Of a DNA stretch of 43,232 bases, positions 12,601-24,083 are shown piece after piece; the stretch's first letter is position 1, and each line of letters starts with the position of its first letter. The notes under the pieces are model-generated. The model was not told the DNA's origin. It saw only the letters and a list, made by a program, of their open reading frames with translations, and made no database searches. Source of the stretch: Dicyema japonicum (lineage: Eukaryota > Animalia > Dicyemida). The stretch spans positions 722,093 to 765,324 of the forward strand of contig RDEW01000031.1 of NCBI GenBank assembly GCA_011109175.1, in the 5' to 3' direction. Position numbers and translations under genes: made by a program.

Positions 12601-12806
12601 TGAGATAAACTCAGGAAAAAGGTAATGTTGTATTTGAGTGACCTATATTTTTTCAAGAAAATAAAAATTAATAAAATAAATAATTATTTATTAATTAAAT
12701 CAGCATATTTAGAGTAACTTTCTCTTTTATATTTGAATAAATTCGAATAACATGGTGCGAGCTGGTAGCAAGAGCATAATTCCACAAGAAGAAATAATAA
12801 CCAAAA

Positions 12807-13090
12807 GTCGTGGAAATCGACGAGTCTAAATTCTTCCACCGCAAATACCATCGCGGTCAATGGCGGGAAGGTCATTGGGTCTTGGAGAAATCGAGCGCAG
12901 AACAGGGCGCTGTTTTCTCGCAGAGTTCAAGATAGGTTTATTTAAAATATTGAATATTGTAGATCGACGGAAACCTTGAAAGATGTGACACATACTTCCT
13001 GGGACGAGGATTATAACGATGGCTGGCATATCAGTCAAAAAATATAGGTCACTCAAATACAACATTACCAGAAACTCTCTAAAAAATTTA
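12807..13090 (+). mobile_element. Merlin / IS1595 (ISXO2-like) DDE transposase remnant
   Basis: VVEIDESKFFHRKYHRGQWREGHWV, then with frameshifts GEIERRTGRCFL and HILPGTRII(T)DGW, matching the ISXO2-like catalytic region. Confidence 0.8.
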
Positions 13091-13124
13091 TTTTCGACAA
13101 GGAAAGGCATATATTTGAAGTATA

Positions 13125-13447
13125 CAGAATTGGTAGGGATCCGATTGACAGTTATCTCAAATTGTTATTTTGTCAGATATTTTTAGCTTTTTATTTATAC
13201 AGGAAAGAAATTAACACGAAACCGCCTATGACACCGATATCAGTTAAAGGCCAAGGGATCGCTATATTGCATACTTAATTGACTTAACGAATTACTCAGA
13301 AATGAATGATGGATATTCATGGTTAAATTTAATGATATTAAATTGTGGATAGACGTAAAGAACGTTTTTGGTATTGGTGCTCGATAACTTTGCACTCCTA
13401 TTCATGATTCTAGATTTTTGTGAAAAATTAAATGTAAAATAATTACC
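13125..13447 (+). mobile_element. Retroviral-type (rve) integrase remnant (Ginger/KRBA2-like), truncated by the inverted-repeat arm
   Basis: GRDPIDSYLK, TKPPMTPISVKG, RDRYIAYLIDLTNYSEMNDGYSWL and FCEKLNVK, read across frameshifts. Confidence 0.55.
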
Positions 13448-13602
13448 AGGCTCCAGAGATCTGTCAGGTGTATCCGGAGATTACCCTTGCAACATTAGGG
13501 AATTTTGTAACTTTGGCGATTAATTGTTATCCTCCGTGAGGAATCCTTCCAAACCTGATTTTGAAATATGTAATGTCTCAATTTATTACGGTTACGGTGG
13601 TA
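13448..13602. repeat. Right arm of the inverted repeat pair with 1-156
   Basis: Reverse complement of 1-156 with one indel. Confidence 0.95.
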
Positions 13603-13910
13603 AAAAATACTTTTTTGGTGGTCTCTCTTTCTTTACTCTATTCCTTATCTTCCCTTATTTTGCTAGAGTAAAACATCATCCACCTTAGCCATCTGCCTCA
13701 GGCAACACTTAGTGCCAGATAACACGAGAAGAGACCATTCGTTCTCACTCATTTAAATGGAGGAGCTATACGTGAGATGAACCGTGTTTTTCTTGCCTAG
13801 AGAACAACACGTTTTTCACTTGTTTTAAAGTAGTGAGGAAGTCAAATAAGGAATTAAATTATTTCAAAATGCAAACACAAATTTTATTAACTACGAGAAA
13901 CTCTCAATAA

Positions 13911-14317
13911 TTAGAAACCATCAGATAAATTTTCCTGCTCGTCATCAGTGATGATTATATCCGTCAGAAAACTAGATGACTGGACTCCATCGGTATTTTC
14001 AACATTGGGTGGGTTGCAAGTTTTCAAATCGTTGTTTACTTCTTCGATGAGTTTTTCCAAAATAGAAAATTCCTCATCTTAAAGTGTCCCTATGAGATTC
14101 TTAAAAAAGACTTATTATCGAAAATTTCTAAACTATTTTCGATTGTTGTTGTCTCTAAAATATCCTTAACAGAGTCATCTTCATTTTCGAAAGATGTTGG
14201 TTCAAAATAATGTTGATTCTCCTCATTATGCGATTTCTGTTTTAAATTTTTCTAAAAATCAACGATTTTATATCAAATTACATTTAATTGTTGATCATTT
14301 CCGTAAGTGCCATCCAT
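13911..14317 (-). CDS. Putative small acidic orphan protein (~115-120 aa) with two micro-introns
   Basis: ATG at 14317. GT-AG introns at 14281-14252 (30 nt) and 14111-14090 (22 nt). Spliced read MDGTYGNDQQLN|KNLKQKSHNEENQHYFEPTSFENEDDSVKDILETTTIENSLEIFDNK|DTL(D)EEFSILEKLIEEVNNDLKTCNPPNVENTDGVQSSSFLTDIIITDDEQENLSDGF*. Needs one 1-nt indel correction just after intron 2. Confidence 0.55.
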
Positions 14318-14759
14318 TTCACCAAAAAGATAATAAATCGCGAAATTCTACTATTTAAGATAACAAAAATTATTAAATAATTAATTATCTAATATATTAT
14401 ATAATAATTTACATCATATGGATTAGCTATCCATTGAATGAGCATTGAGGACTTTTTGATATATACCGTTTTCTTATGAATTGTGTTGAAAAGTACTCTA
14501 GAAAGCATGCTAATTGAACTCAAGCACTGAATAAAGGTACATACGAGTCAATGATGGCATCTCTTTTTAGGAAGAGATGATAAGTCGTACATCACAAAAC
14601 ACAACAAATAACGTTGAGAAGTCGAGCTCAGAAAAGCTATAAATTTAGATATATTCTAATTTTTGTTACTGCAAATAAGAGTCAATGATGCCATCTCTTT
14701 ATAGGAAGTTTTCCATCCTTTTTCTTGCTTCATCTCTTATCGACATTACTAGCAAATTT

Positions 14760-15720
14760 TCATCTTTATCTAGCTTCTCGTCGAGCCTTTTGTGAGAGCA
14801 ATCTTTGATCCCTGCTCTCTTCGATTTTCAAGAAGCAAGATAAACATTCTTTGTATGGAGTGTAATACCATCTTTCAGTCCATAAAGGAGTGATGGAATG
14901 ATTGTACGTGAAAAAATAAATAAAAAACATATCCTTTCGAGTCTCAATTTCCTCATACATAATATCGCATAGTGGGCCTTCTTTTTGAGTTTAAAATCGC
15001 ACAATTTTGGTCCCAGATTTCTCAAAAGCTGTTCCGAGATACTTCAGGGAGCTCAATGTTGATTCCGCATATGGAGTCGTTCTGATTTCCTTTACATCTA
15101 CAGTGATTTTAGTTAAGATTCTTGGTATCGTAACCGACAAAGACTCCAGGTTCATTAATCATTTTCATATCCACGGATATTAGCAATGGAATGTGGTCAC
15201 TGCCCAATTGCCGGAAGAGTAATTGGTACGTGGACGTAATTCTGAAATAGCAGGGGAAATCAAGGAAACACCAAGTTTGTCATCTCCGTAGAGATAGAAA
15301 TAATTATCCTCTTTCGATTAAGGACTTTTACTCCTAGGCCTTTAGATAGCTTCATCAGGAGCTCGCCATCCCTGTTACTCTTCTTGCAGCCAAAGGATGT
15401 GCTCTTTGAGTTGAGATCACCTCATAGTATGGCAATCGGGTTTTCACTGAAGTACTGGGAAATATCTCCTGTACATTCCTTAAAAATTAGAAATACATTA
15501 CCACCAATTGCGAGCCAACCGTCGACACAACAAACGATGAAACAATTCTCTGATTCCTTGTCTTTAGATGACACCGATAAAATATTGATGTTCCAGTCCT
15601 TGTATAGCCTGAGAGTACCGTATTCTCATTTGACTTCATCTTCGTTCGTTGACAATTATTATATCAGCTTCCTCGGCAACTTGATACTAAGCTATTAGAA
15701 TGGATGGATTTTATAGAATC
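14760..15720 (-). mobile_element. LINE family A deletion derivative (APE fragment fused to post-RT region)
   Basis: APE motifs DIIIVNE, GDLNSKSTSFGC and GSDHIP at 15720-15150. Abrupt junction near 15097 into sequence highly similar to 918-1072 (reverse strand), continuing AHYAILCMRKLRLER...IIPSLLYG. Confidence 0.8.
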
Positions 15721-16086
15721 TAAAAGTATTTTTAATTTGTTTATGCTTTGTTAAATGATGCACTAGTATTAAAAAATCACAAAACATTGCTGAATAGTAT
15801 CAATTAGTGATTTCAAGAATTCTAAAAAGGTTTCTTACAAGATTCAAAAAGACATGGTTTTCGAATGCATAAATTACATGGGGAAATGATAACTGACAAA
15901 CACCTAACCTAGAAGTAATTGAGATCACTTTTAAGAAATTTCCAAACATTATAAAGAAGGCGAAATTTACAATATGGACGAAAAAGAGCTTTTATTATAA
16001 ACTGATTCCGTCCAGGGATTATAAACTGATATATTGATAAAAATAATATTTTACTTTAATAGTTTTTTAAATAATTTTTGAATTCC

Positions 16087-16130
16087 CAAATTGGCCCAAA
16101 ATTGCTCCTGAACTATTTTGGGCCAATTTG
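16087..16130. other. Perfect 16-bp inverted repeat with 12-nt spacer (hairpin/cruciform)
   Basis: caaattggcccaaaat (16087-16102) and attttgggccaatttg (16115-16130). Confidence 0.95.
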
Positions 16131-16939
16131 AGAGACTTTACTGTATATTGTAAAGTAAACTTTGTGCGACTTTCGTCTACAAACCTCTAAATTTCGTTAG
16201 TTATTATTCTGTCAGTGACTATGAGAAAATGACCTATGATCGTTCATGATTAAATAATATGTAATTATAACATAATTAAATCAATTATTAGAAAACATAT
16301 ATTTGAGTCACTTAAGTTTCTGGACTTATTTTAAAGGATAACCCTTTTTGTTTATTTATTGTAAGACTTTTCAGTTAGAATTCGGTTGGCAATCCCTACC
16401 GTTTCATATCACTTCCATCAATATCATAATTAGGTGTGTTCACTTTACAATAACATACTTGCTGAGTCAATTTTTGATTGACGTATGTTCTAAATTTATA
16501 TTACACGTCAAAATGATCATATTCAATGTCATAACTTTTTAATAAATATTCGGTTGGTTTTATCGACAATTTTAATAGGAATTACATTCATAATTCACGG
16601 TAGATGCTCGAAAAAATTATTTAGTTTAAGATTTTATCATTTTTTAAAGTAATCGATTTTTATGTACCCTTAATGTTAAAAAATAACAAATTAATTATAC
16701 AAAAACGATGATTAAAATAGATTTATTATATTAAATGTATTGAAACAAGAAAACTACCGTAAGAAAAAATTATGTTACTGGGGACTCTTCGCATTCTTTT
16801 CTGCTGTTCAGACAGTGTTCCAGCACAGCAACGGTAAGGACTGGGTTCACGCAAACGAATCCTCCGCCAGAAAATCTTTCCAGTCACAAATAAAATATTT
16901 TATATTATAAAACTAAACTATCACTAAATGGTCCACTCA

Positions 16940-17230
16940 TCTTTGGACGAATGTCTTGAAGATCGAGGCTAGCCGGAGAAGAGACTCCAAAATAACAGAA
17001 CGCTGGATTCCTAAAGAACTCCAGCCACCAATGCCTCTTGAAGCCTTGATAAAAATGAACCGCGGAACGCGCCGTCGTGACTGCGAATGTCCAGTCACTC
17101 GACCGATACGTGCTTGTGTGGGGTCGAGAGAGGAGCATCGGACCAAGATGAGGTCCCTGCTAGAACGTGCTGGGATCACGTGATTAGTTAGTTTGTGTAA
17201 CCGTGGTCTCTGGTGTTATTATTATATTAA
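16940..17230 (+). mobile_element. LINE ORF2 C-terminus and 3' end; paralog at 25905-26030
   Basis: RACVGSREEHRTKMRSLLERAGIT* vs RSCVGTREEHRERMRILVERIGIT*, each followed by a similar ...gtggtct..ggtgtta and an A/T tail. The LINE assignment is inferred. Confidence 0.55.
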
Positions 17231-17679
17231 CATTAATCCTCCACGTTGGTACATGTTCATTTGCTAATTTGGTTACACTAAAAGGGATTCGCAAGACCAA
17301 TCAAAATTATAGAATACACTACGAGCGAGAAAAACACCGTCATAGCCAGAATAAAAAAATTCAGTTAATCCAGCCTTCTTCAACGGTCTTCGCATGGTCA
17401 GACTTGAAGGATGTGACGCATACTAACAATTCAACCTACCTGGAGTAAAGTAGAAAAGAAGAAACAAATAACAAAATCTTCAATTCAAGTAGCCATAGCA
17501 CCACTCAAGCGTTGCCATCACGTGGCATAGTTGCAAAAATTGTTCATAATGAAATGATAATTACTTATTTATTATGTTTGAACCCGAAATCCTACAAATG
17601 AAATCAATTTTTAAACCTAAATATACACATATTTTAATATTTATTTGTTTTATCATGTACACCCCACTTTATTAACAAA

Positions 17680-19218
17680 CAATAAAAAAAAAGTTAATAT
17701 ATTTATTAATCAACAACCTTCCTCGCCTGCCTGTTCGCCAGCCTCCTCAGGCAGGTTCGATTCTGGTTGCTGAAACAACTCCGAGAGCGCTTTGTCTAAT
17801 TGAACCCTCTGCCCATATGGCATCTCAGGGCTCTGCCTCCTATACTCCAGTGTCAGGCTCTCTAGGGTCCGCTTTAACACAGTGGACTGTAGATAGGCCT
17901 GGAGCTTCCTATTCTACCCCAATGCTTCAGATAACCATTGTGGTACTTTGTTGCAATTCCTTCCCACGTCATTACTATAGGAATAACGAGGACCTTGCAA
18001 CCGAGCATCTGCCCCATCTCGTTTGCAGAAAGTCATACTTCCTTTTTTCTCCACCTCCACAGTCTGCAAAACGGTCTTGAGACGTGATGCCAACCTCTAT
18101 GATAAGGACTTGGCCAGACTCCTTATCGTGTACCACAATGTCCGGTTTATTGTGCTTGACTAGCACCGAGGTACGGATAACACTGTCTACCTTAATTTGG
18201 ACCCTGGTGTTCTCTACTACAGATTGCACCTTATGAGTCCGCAACTTTCTGGTGTGGCGAATACCATACTTATTGCATAGTAGAAGATGAAGACTCCTTA
18301 CTACCTCGTTGTGCCTCCACACATAGTCGTGGCAGAGCATGGATCCACATCGAGTGGCTAAATGATCAACCGACATGCTCCTTGACTTACAGTGGGGACA
18401 TGTATTTGTTGATCGACCCCAAAAAATATTGCGGTCTTGCATATACGTGTACAACGCCTCCGATCGAGGTGAGTTGTCACCGTATTTTAGCCATATTGTC
18501 GACGACTTAAGGTCGACATGTGGGTTGTCCAATGCTCTGAAGAGGACCTTATGAAGGCTTTTTAAGTTGATCTTTTCCATCAAATTATTATATTGTAATT
18601 CGATCAACGCCTTCACATTTACTAGCCCACCATCATCAACACCATACTTAGCAGACAAAAAAGGTCTGATAGTGCCTAGGTGGGTTGCCCGTGTTTTCTC
18701 GGTCGTTATTATGGCGTGCTTCCTAGCAGACACACTTGACCCAGCTATCAGGGTGTCGTGCATTCGCATTAGGATACGCTCACTTAGTTGGACTACTCCA
18801 CACAGTCCACGGCCGAATTTATCACGGGGTAAATATAGTCTCTCCTTATTGGCTGCCACACATGGACATGGTTCTCTCTGAGTACTCCACGGATCATAAC
18901 ATCCATCTCATCATACTCTTTGGGCTCAAACTCCACAACACCTATGTAGTAGTTTAGCAGCGAGACAGCATACTCATTTAATGCTAGGAACAAATTCCTT
19001 GCATTTAGAGACGTCTTACACAATAACGCTGCTCTTTTACGGATGCCTTCAGTAATTTGTCGCTTTGTCTCAGGCATTATAAGGGACTTTGGAGATTCGG
19101 TAACACCCAGATACTTATATCCTTCGTGTTCCTCTAGGACTCTTACTAACTCGCTACATACTTGCGTGTTAGTCGCAGACTTTGAATAATTCAAATCTAG
19201 CCCTATACTCTCAAAGTC
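17680..19218 (-). mobile_element. 5'-truncated NeSL/R2-group (RLE-type) non-LTR retrotransposon
   Basis: FESIGLDLNYSKSA, YKYLGV, ERLYLPR..GRGL, zinc knuckle CPHC...VDHLATRC, RHNEVV, RLE KPDIVVHDK...IIEVG, and terminal IPIVMTWEG...LQSTVLKRTLE. Few frameshifts, so relatively young. Confidence 0.9.
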
Positions 19219-19729
19219 GTTTTTCTGGCAAGGATTCTTAACATTTCAACATCAAATGTGACAAACATGTGATCTCTGAAATGCTTCGATACCTTAAAGT
19301 CTTCATAATGGTAGAAGTAAGCATCACTTTGTAGATTATGTCGACATATTTTTTCCTTTTCAACATTTCGGCAATCACAGCAGTCAAGAGGCATTAGATT
19401 CGCTCTAGTTGATGTTGTTTGCGGCAAAGGTATCCGCGCAGGTGACTTCCTAAAACAAAGGCTTTCTGGGTTAAAACAGAAAGTTATACCCATTTGCCAT
19501 CATTTTTACGCAAACCACCGTCATAACCAGAATGAGCAATGACAGATAACTGTGTATATACATAACACGTATGACAATTTCGCTCAGTGACTTTCACTGG
19601 TTTGAAGTGAAAGAAATAAAAGTTCTCAACTGACTAAGTGATTCCCGACCGACAAAGGAGATGACGAGTCCGGCGAGGTCGAGAATCCTGTACAGCTTTT
19701 TTCATTGGACATGACATTGGCTTAAAATT

Positions 19730-20400
19730 TCTTTATGATTGTAGATAATTCGATAGTGTATGTTTCCTTTGTAATTCGATTAAGAAATTTTCAATGGGCT
19801 GGATTTTGTGTTCTGTCCAATTAACCTTATTGCAGTCTCCTTGATTGTGGATAGTTTCAATGAGGAAGACCGTGATATCTGCATTGCGAAGGACTTGCAT
19901 ACGTCATCGTGGGTCGGATAAATTGTTCATAAATCGTGGCAAGGCTCCTAGTTTGGTGCCTAAGTGTTTCTGAGAAACTGAGATACAAATAAATCCAGGT
20001 TGCTTTTCCTATTGATCTCCGTTGTAATGATGCATATTATGTCGGTGGCAGTGATAAATAAAAATTAGATCCATTATGATTGATAAAGCAAATACGCAAT
20101 AGAAATCGTTGATTGCAACATTACCAGGCTGATTAGGGGAATTAGTCAATTAACAGATTTGTAGAATTCACCAGATAATCATGAAAACACTATATATTAC
20201 TAACAGTACTATTTAATAGAGAAAAGCACAGCAATAAGTGACCCAGTCATCTCACAATGTTCTTTTATAATCTCTCAAAGATTCTGTATGCTTTCGTTAC
20301 ATGCAAAAATGGACATTCTTCTAATAAGGACCTCAAGGGTAGGTCCACTCAAGGAACAGGGAACTGACCAATTAGCCAAGTAGCTAATTAGTTGTACAAT
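19730..20400 (-). mobile_element. Degenerate Jockey-like LINE RT and post-RT fragment; ~70-bp piece repeated at 23295-23365
   Basis: TIYEQFIRPTMTYASPS at about 19950-19900. Weak GVPQGS-like SVPCSLSGPTL at about 20370. Direct repeat ttgtaattcgattaagaaattttca.tgggct.gattttgtgt. Confidence 0.55.
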
Positions 20401-20825
20401 TAAAATTATAGCGTGCTCTATTAACGAAATATCTACTTAGTTTCATAATGGAGGAAAGCTCTTGTCATGGAAAAGATGACAGATACAGGAAAAATCAGAT
20501 ACGCAAAGTGTCCACCAAAGGAAATATTGGGTTTGTGTAGGATCTATGTTCAAATCCTGTCCAGACCAAACATTAAAGATTACGTAAGAACACATATCAG
20601 AAAGTGCATACAATGATGATAGTTACTATATTTTAATATTTTATAATAAATGTTAATTACACCATATTATTTGAGGTACAAGTCTGCTCAAATTTAATTT
20701 TTTATTATTTTTAGTATCACAAAATATGGTTAATTGATTTTTAAATTATGTACTTATTACGTAAAAAATTGAGAAATATTTAATATAAATATAAACTTAA
20801 CGGTAATTGATAACTTTCGCTAACC

Positions 20826-21410
20826 TTACAGTAAATTTCACATTCTTTTCAACCAAACAATTCATTACGAATTTTAACAAATTTTTATAAAACGAGATTT
20901 GCTATTTTTCACGATTGTCACTTTAATTTTGAGTTCTTGCATTTACATTTTCTTCACATTTAAACTTTACTTTAAACAAAATTCATTCCTAATGACAGTT
21001 CTCAGCAAAACGTTAATTCAAATGACAGAATACACGACAATTTTAACCAAACATTTCGTTAATAATTTTAACAAAATTTTTATAAAACGGATTTGCTATT
21101 TTTTCACGATTGTCACTTTAATTTTTGAGTTTCTTGCATTTACATTTTCTTCACAATCTAAACTTTACTTTAAACAAAAATTCATTCCTAATGACAGTCT
21201 CAGCAAACGTTAATTCAAATGACAGAATACACGACAATTTTAACCAAACATTTCGTTAATAATTTTAACAAAATTTTTATAAAACGGATTTGCTATTTTT
21301 TTCACGATTGTCACTTTAATTTTGAGTTCTTGCATTACATTTTCTTCACATTTAAACTTTACTTTAAACAAAAAATTTAACATTTCTCCATGATTGAAGA
21401 TTCTATTTTT
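20826..21410. repeat. AT-rich tandem repeat, ~194-bp unit, about 3 copies
   Basis: aacaaa(a)tttttataaaacg recurs at about 20876, 21069 and 21264. Copies are near-identical apart from homopolymer indels. Confidence 0.9.
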
Positions 21411-23059
21411 CAGAAAAAATAAATTTTGTTACAGTCTGTTTGCAAAATAGTGATGGCCAACGATGAATATTTAAAATAAAAAAGACTCTATTATATCTCT
21501 TATGTGGAATTTATTAATTATCTTTATGGACATAGAATTGCTTTTTCGTTTCACTGAATATGCATGGCAGAATGAACGTTTTCCGTGTTTTTGGAATTGC
21601 TAATAGCGTATCATTGTGTTAATATTAGTTTGAACAAATTTTTCATTGTCAATGTGTTTTAGCACAAATATTGAGTTTTGTCTGCAAGTTTACTGGGAAT
21701 TGGTCATCAAAATCGATTTTGTATGGATGGGATAATATATCCAGCAGATAAATTATTAATATGGTATTACGGTTCCCTCTAATTGAAAAAAATAACTCGG
21801 ATAGCTATTTAATATTTCCAGCAGGTGTACTACTGAAGAATTATCGATCCTATAGATTTCCAAGATTTTTTTCATACCAATTAATCCGATATGAGTGATT
21901 TTAATAATACAAGATGACATTAGTGATAATTTGTATGTTCTTAGGTACATTAGGATAACACTTACATCAGACAACCTAGAGATATAAAGATTTAAAACAA
22001 CATTCAATTTCCATACTCTGCTTGTTGATTCTTCAAGTGTCTCAACGAGTACAATATATCCATCTTTAATCGTTAATTTGATGATTCATCACTTACTATC
22101 GTATTGTTCCTCAGGATTCAGTGACCAATTTATGTGATAATCATTGATGCGAGTATAACAGAGGTCTCAGAATTATGAGTGCATGTGTACCAGACCATTA
22201 GGACAATAAAAGTTAGCCCAAAAAAGAATAAAAACCTTAATTATTATGATTCTAAAATTCGTTTCTTTAATTACAAATAAAGTAATACTAGTAAATTAAG
22301 TTGATTTTAATCCAGATCGCTGTTAACCCACTTTTCTTATAAGAGGAGTGTGTTATCAACTCCATGTTATTCCATACAACTCATGTGTGTGAATTATGTT
22401 ATTCGTCAGGTAATGTTTTATATAATCTTTTCATTTCGATAATCATCCCGAATTTATAGCTTTCAGTCTACTATTTGTGATAATCCAGTAATTTTATAGT
22501 AAAATCTGCTTATTTAAAATTTAATATACAATTTGTAGAGATTTCGAATATAAAATAAGAAATTTATGGATTCATGACAAATAAGATATTGACGTCTTGT
22601 TAATCACAGAAAATAAGTCGTCGACAACCAATTTTTTATGGGATTATCGTGTTTTAGTGCCAAGATACTCGAACGATGGACTTTTCCGAAAAGCTGTCGA
22701 AATCATCTCCGCCCTGCGCGATTTTAGACATGAAAATAAATAAAATACAAACGTGAGTTCTAACTAAGCTGAGATGAGTTGTTAAGATATTAAAGTTGTC
22801 GAAAGGGCTAAATTAATTATTTAGGAGGTTTCTAGATCATCTGCGTCTTCTAATGCCTTTTTAATTGTTTTTAATCAATGTTCATTAAGGATGACGTAGT
22901 TGTTCGTGATTTCACTCTAAAAGCCTCTTAGCAGAGCAAGCATTATTCTATAATATCGTTAGGAGAAACGTCGGGATTTATTCGTAGTACGTTTCTAACC
23001 AAATTAAGTTATCCCAAATGACAAAGTGTAATCCATACTAACTAATTCTTTGATCCTGT

Positions 23060-23290
23060 CTCGTTCCAACAGAACCCTCACCCAAGCACAGTGACCGAGA
23101 GAGTTTTGTCCAGGGAGCTGAGGTCAATTCCATGACTCGTCGCCAGAGAGCGAGATTGTCTCCCGGTGGAATGAATAGATGGATCATTTTGAATAACGGC
23201 AAGGCACTGGGTGTCTCCTGAGTAAGATAGATCCAAGGAAGAGCAATCTTCAACCAGGTACAGAGGGGAGCTCGTAGACTAACCGCCTTT
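23060..23290 (+). mobile_element. LINE family B-like C-terminal fragment
   Basis: gagattgtctcccggtggaatgaatagatgg is similar to gaaattgtctcctggtggaatgaatatatgg at about 5240. Confidence 0.55.
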
Positions 23291-23814
23291 AAGAGTTTCT
23301 GTTGTAATTCGATTAAGAAATTTTCATTGGGCTAGATTTTGTGTCTGGTTCAATTAACCTTATTGAAGATATCGGAAGAGCTTAGGAGTTTATTAACGTA
23401 TAATCAATATATATCCAGTTCTCATGGTTAGAGTAATCCCACATCTTTATAAGCATCACATCAAACCATATCCACCATTTTACGAACTCCTCCATTGGAC
23501 TATGGGGAAAGAGACCATAAGTGAAGATATTAATATTTCTTTGTAAAGCATCTCTGTTATATTTGACTCCATAAATGGATCGACTTTATTGTTAAAGAAA
23601 ACATTTTTAAAGATCTCTTATTATAGATTCCTTTAACAGAAATGATTGTCCCATCAAGTTGTCTATTCCCTTCATGAAACAAAGTTCAGATTTTTACATT
23701 TTTTTCTGTATTTTGTTTTAAAAAATAATATAATTAATTATTTTTATTATTTAAAATAATTAATATTTAAAACGTCCAGCTGGCAATCGTTTCGCATTTG
23801 GAATATTTATAATT

Positions 23815-23960
23815 TAATTTCGCATCAGGTTGTGTAAGGCTTTCACAAAATCGATCATTACGTACAACTCTGAAACATGGGAATCTTGAAAATCGACTGA
23901 TAAAACCTCGGCTCCTTTTGGACTAAAATGTCCAATGCATGTAAGGAGCGAATCATTGTA
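23815..23960 (+). mobile_element. RTE-like LINE post-RT fragment
   Basis: RLCKAFTKSIITYNSETW resembles the RTE-type LLYG(C/S)ETW motif. Confidence 0.45.
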
Positions 23961-24041
23961 TAAAGATGATCTTCCAGACCCCTTAATACGAGTAGAAAAT
24001 CTACTGTCGCAAGATGATGCTGAAATCATCAGATTTGTGGA

Positions 24042-24083
24042 CTGACACTACTTATGCTGACACTACTTGGACTGACACTACTT
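24042..24083. repeat. 15-bp period minisatellite, 3 copies
   Basis: CTGACACTACTT three times, separated by atg and gga. Confidence 0.95.

Noticed and set aside
13930-13955. Hammerhead-like CTGATGA...GAAA on the minus strand
   Set aside because: No stem II pairing, and the sequence lies within the acidic gene reading frame.
17745-17765. GGTTCGATT as a tRNA T-loop or Pol III B box
   Set aside because: No cloverleaf or A box, and it lies at the end of the retroelement ORF.
17335-19534. 18-nt near-identical sequences (caccgtcata(g/a)ccagaat) on both sides of the NeSL-like element as a TSD
   Set aside because: They lie about 300 bp from the element ends, and one such match is plausible by chance in 43 kb.
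19203-19560. 96-aa minus-strand ORF and a possible 24-nt intron
   Set aside because: Splicing does not give a sustained frame and no domain is recognised.
21480-22100. Minus-strand coding-like stretch (ORF 21756-22007)
   Set aside because: No consistent spliced model or homology; mentioned only with the adjacent triplication.
23380-23700. Faint Tc1-like reads (FKNVFF, GG...MV, YKDVGLL) on the minus strand
   Set aside because: Catalytic residues are not preserved and the similarity is too weak.
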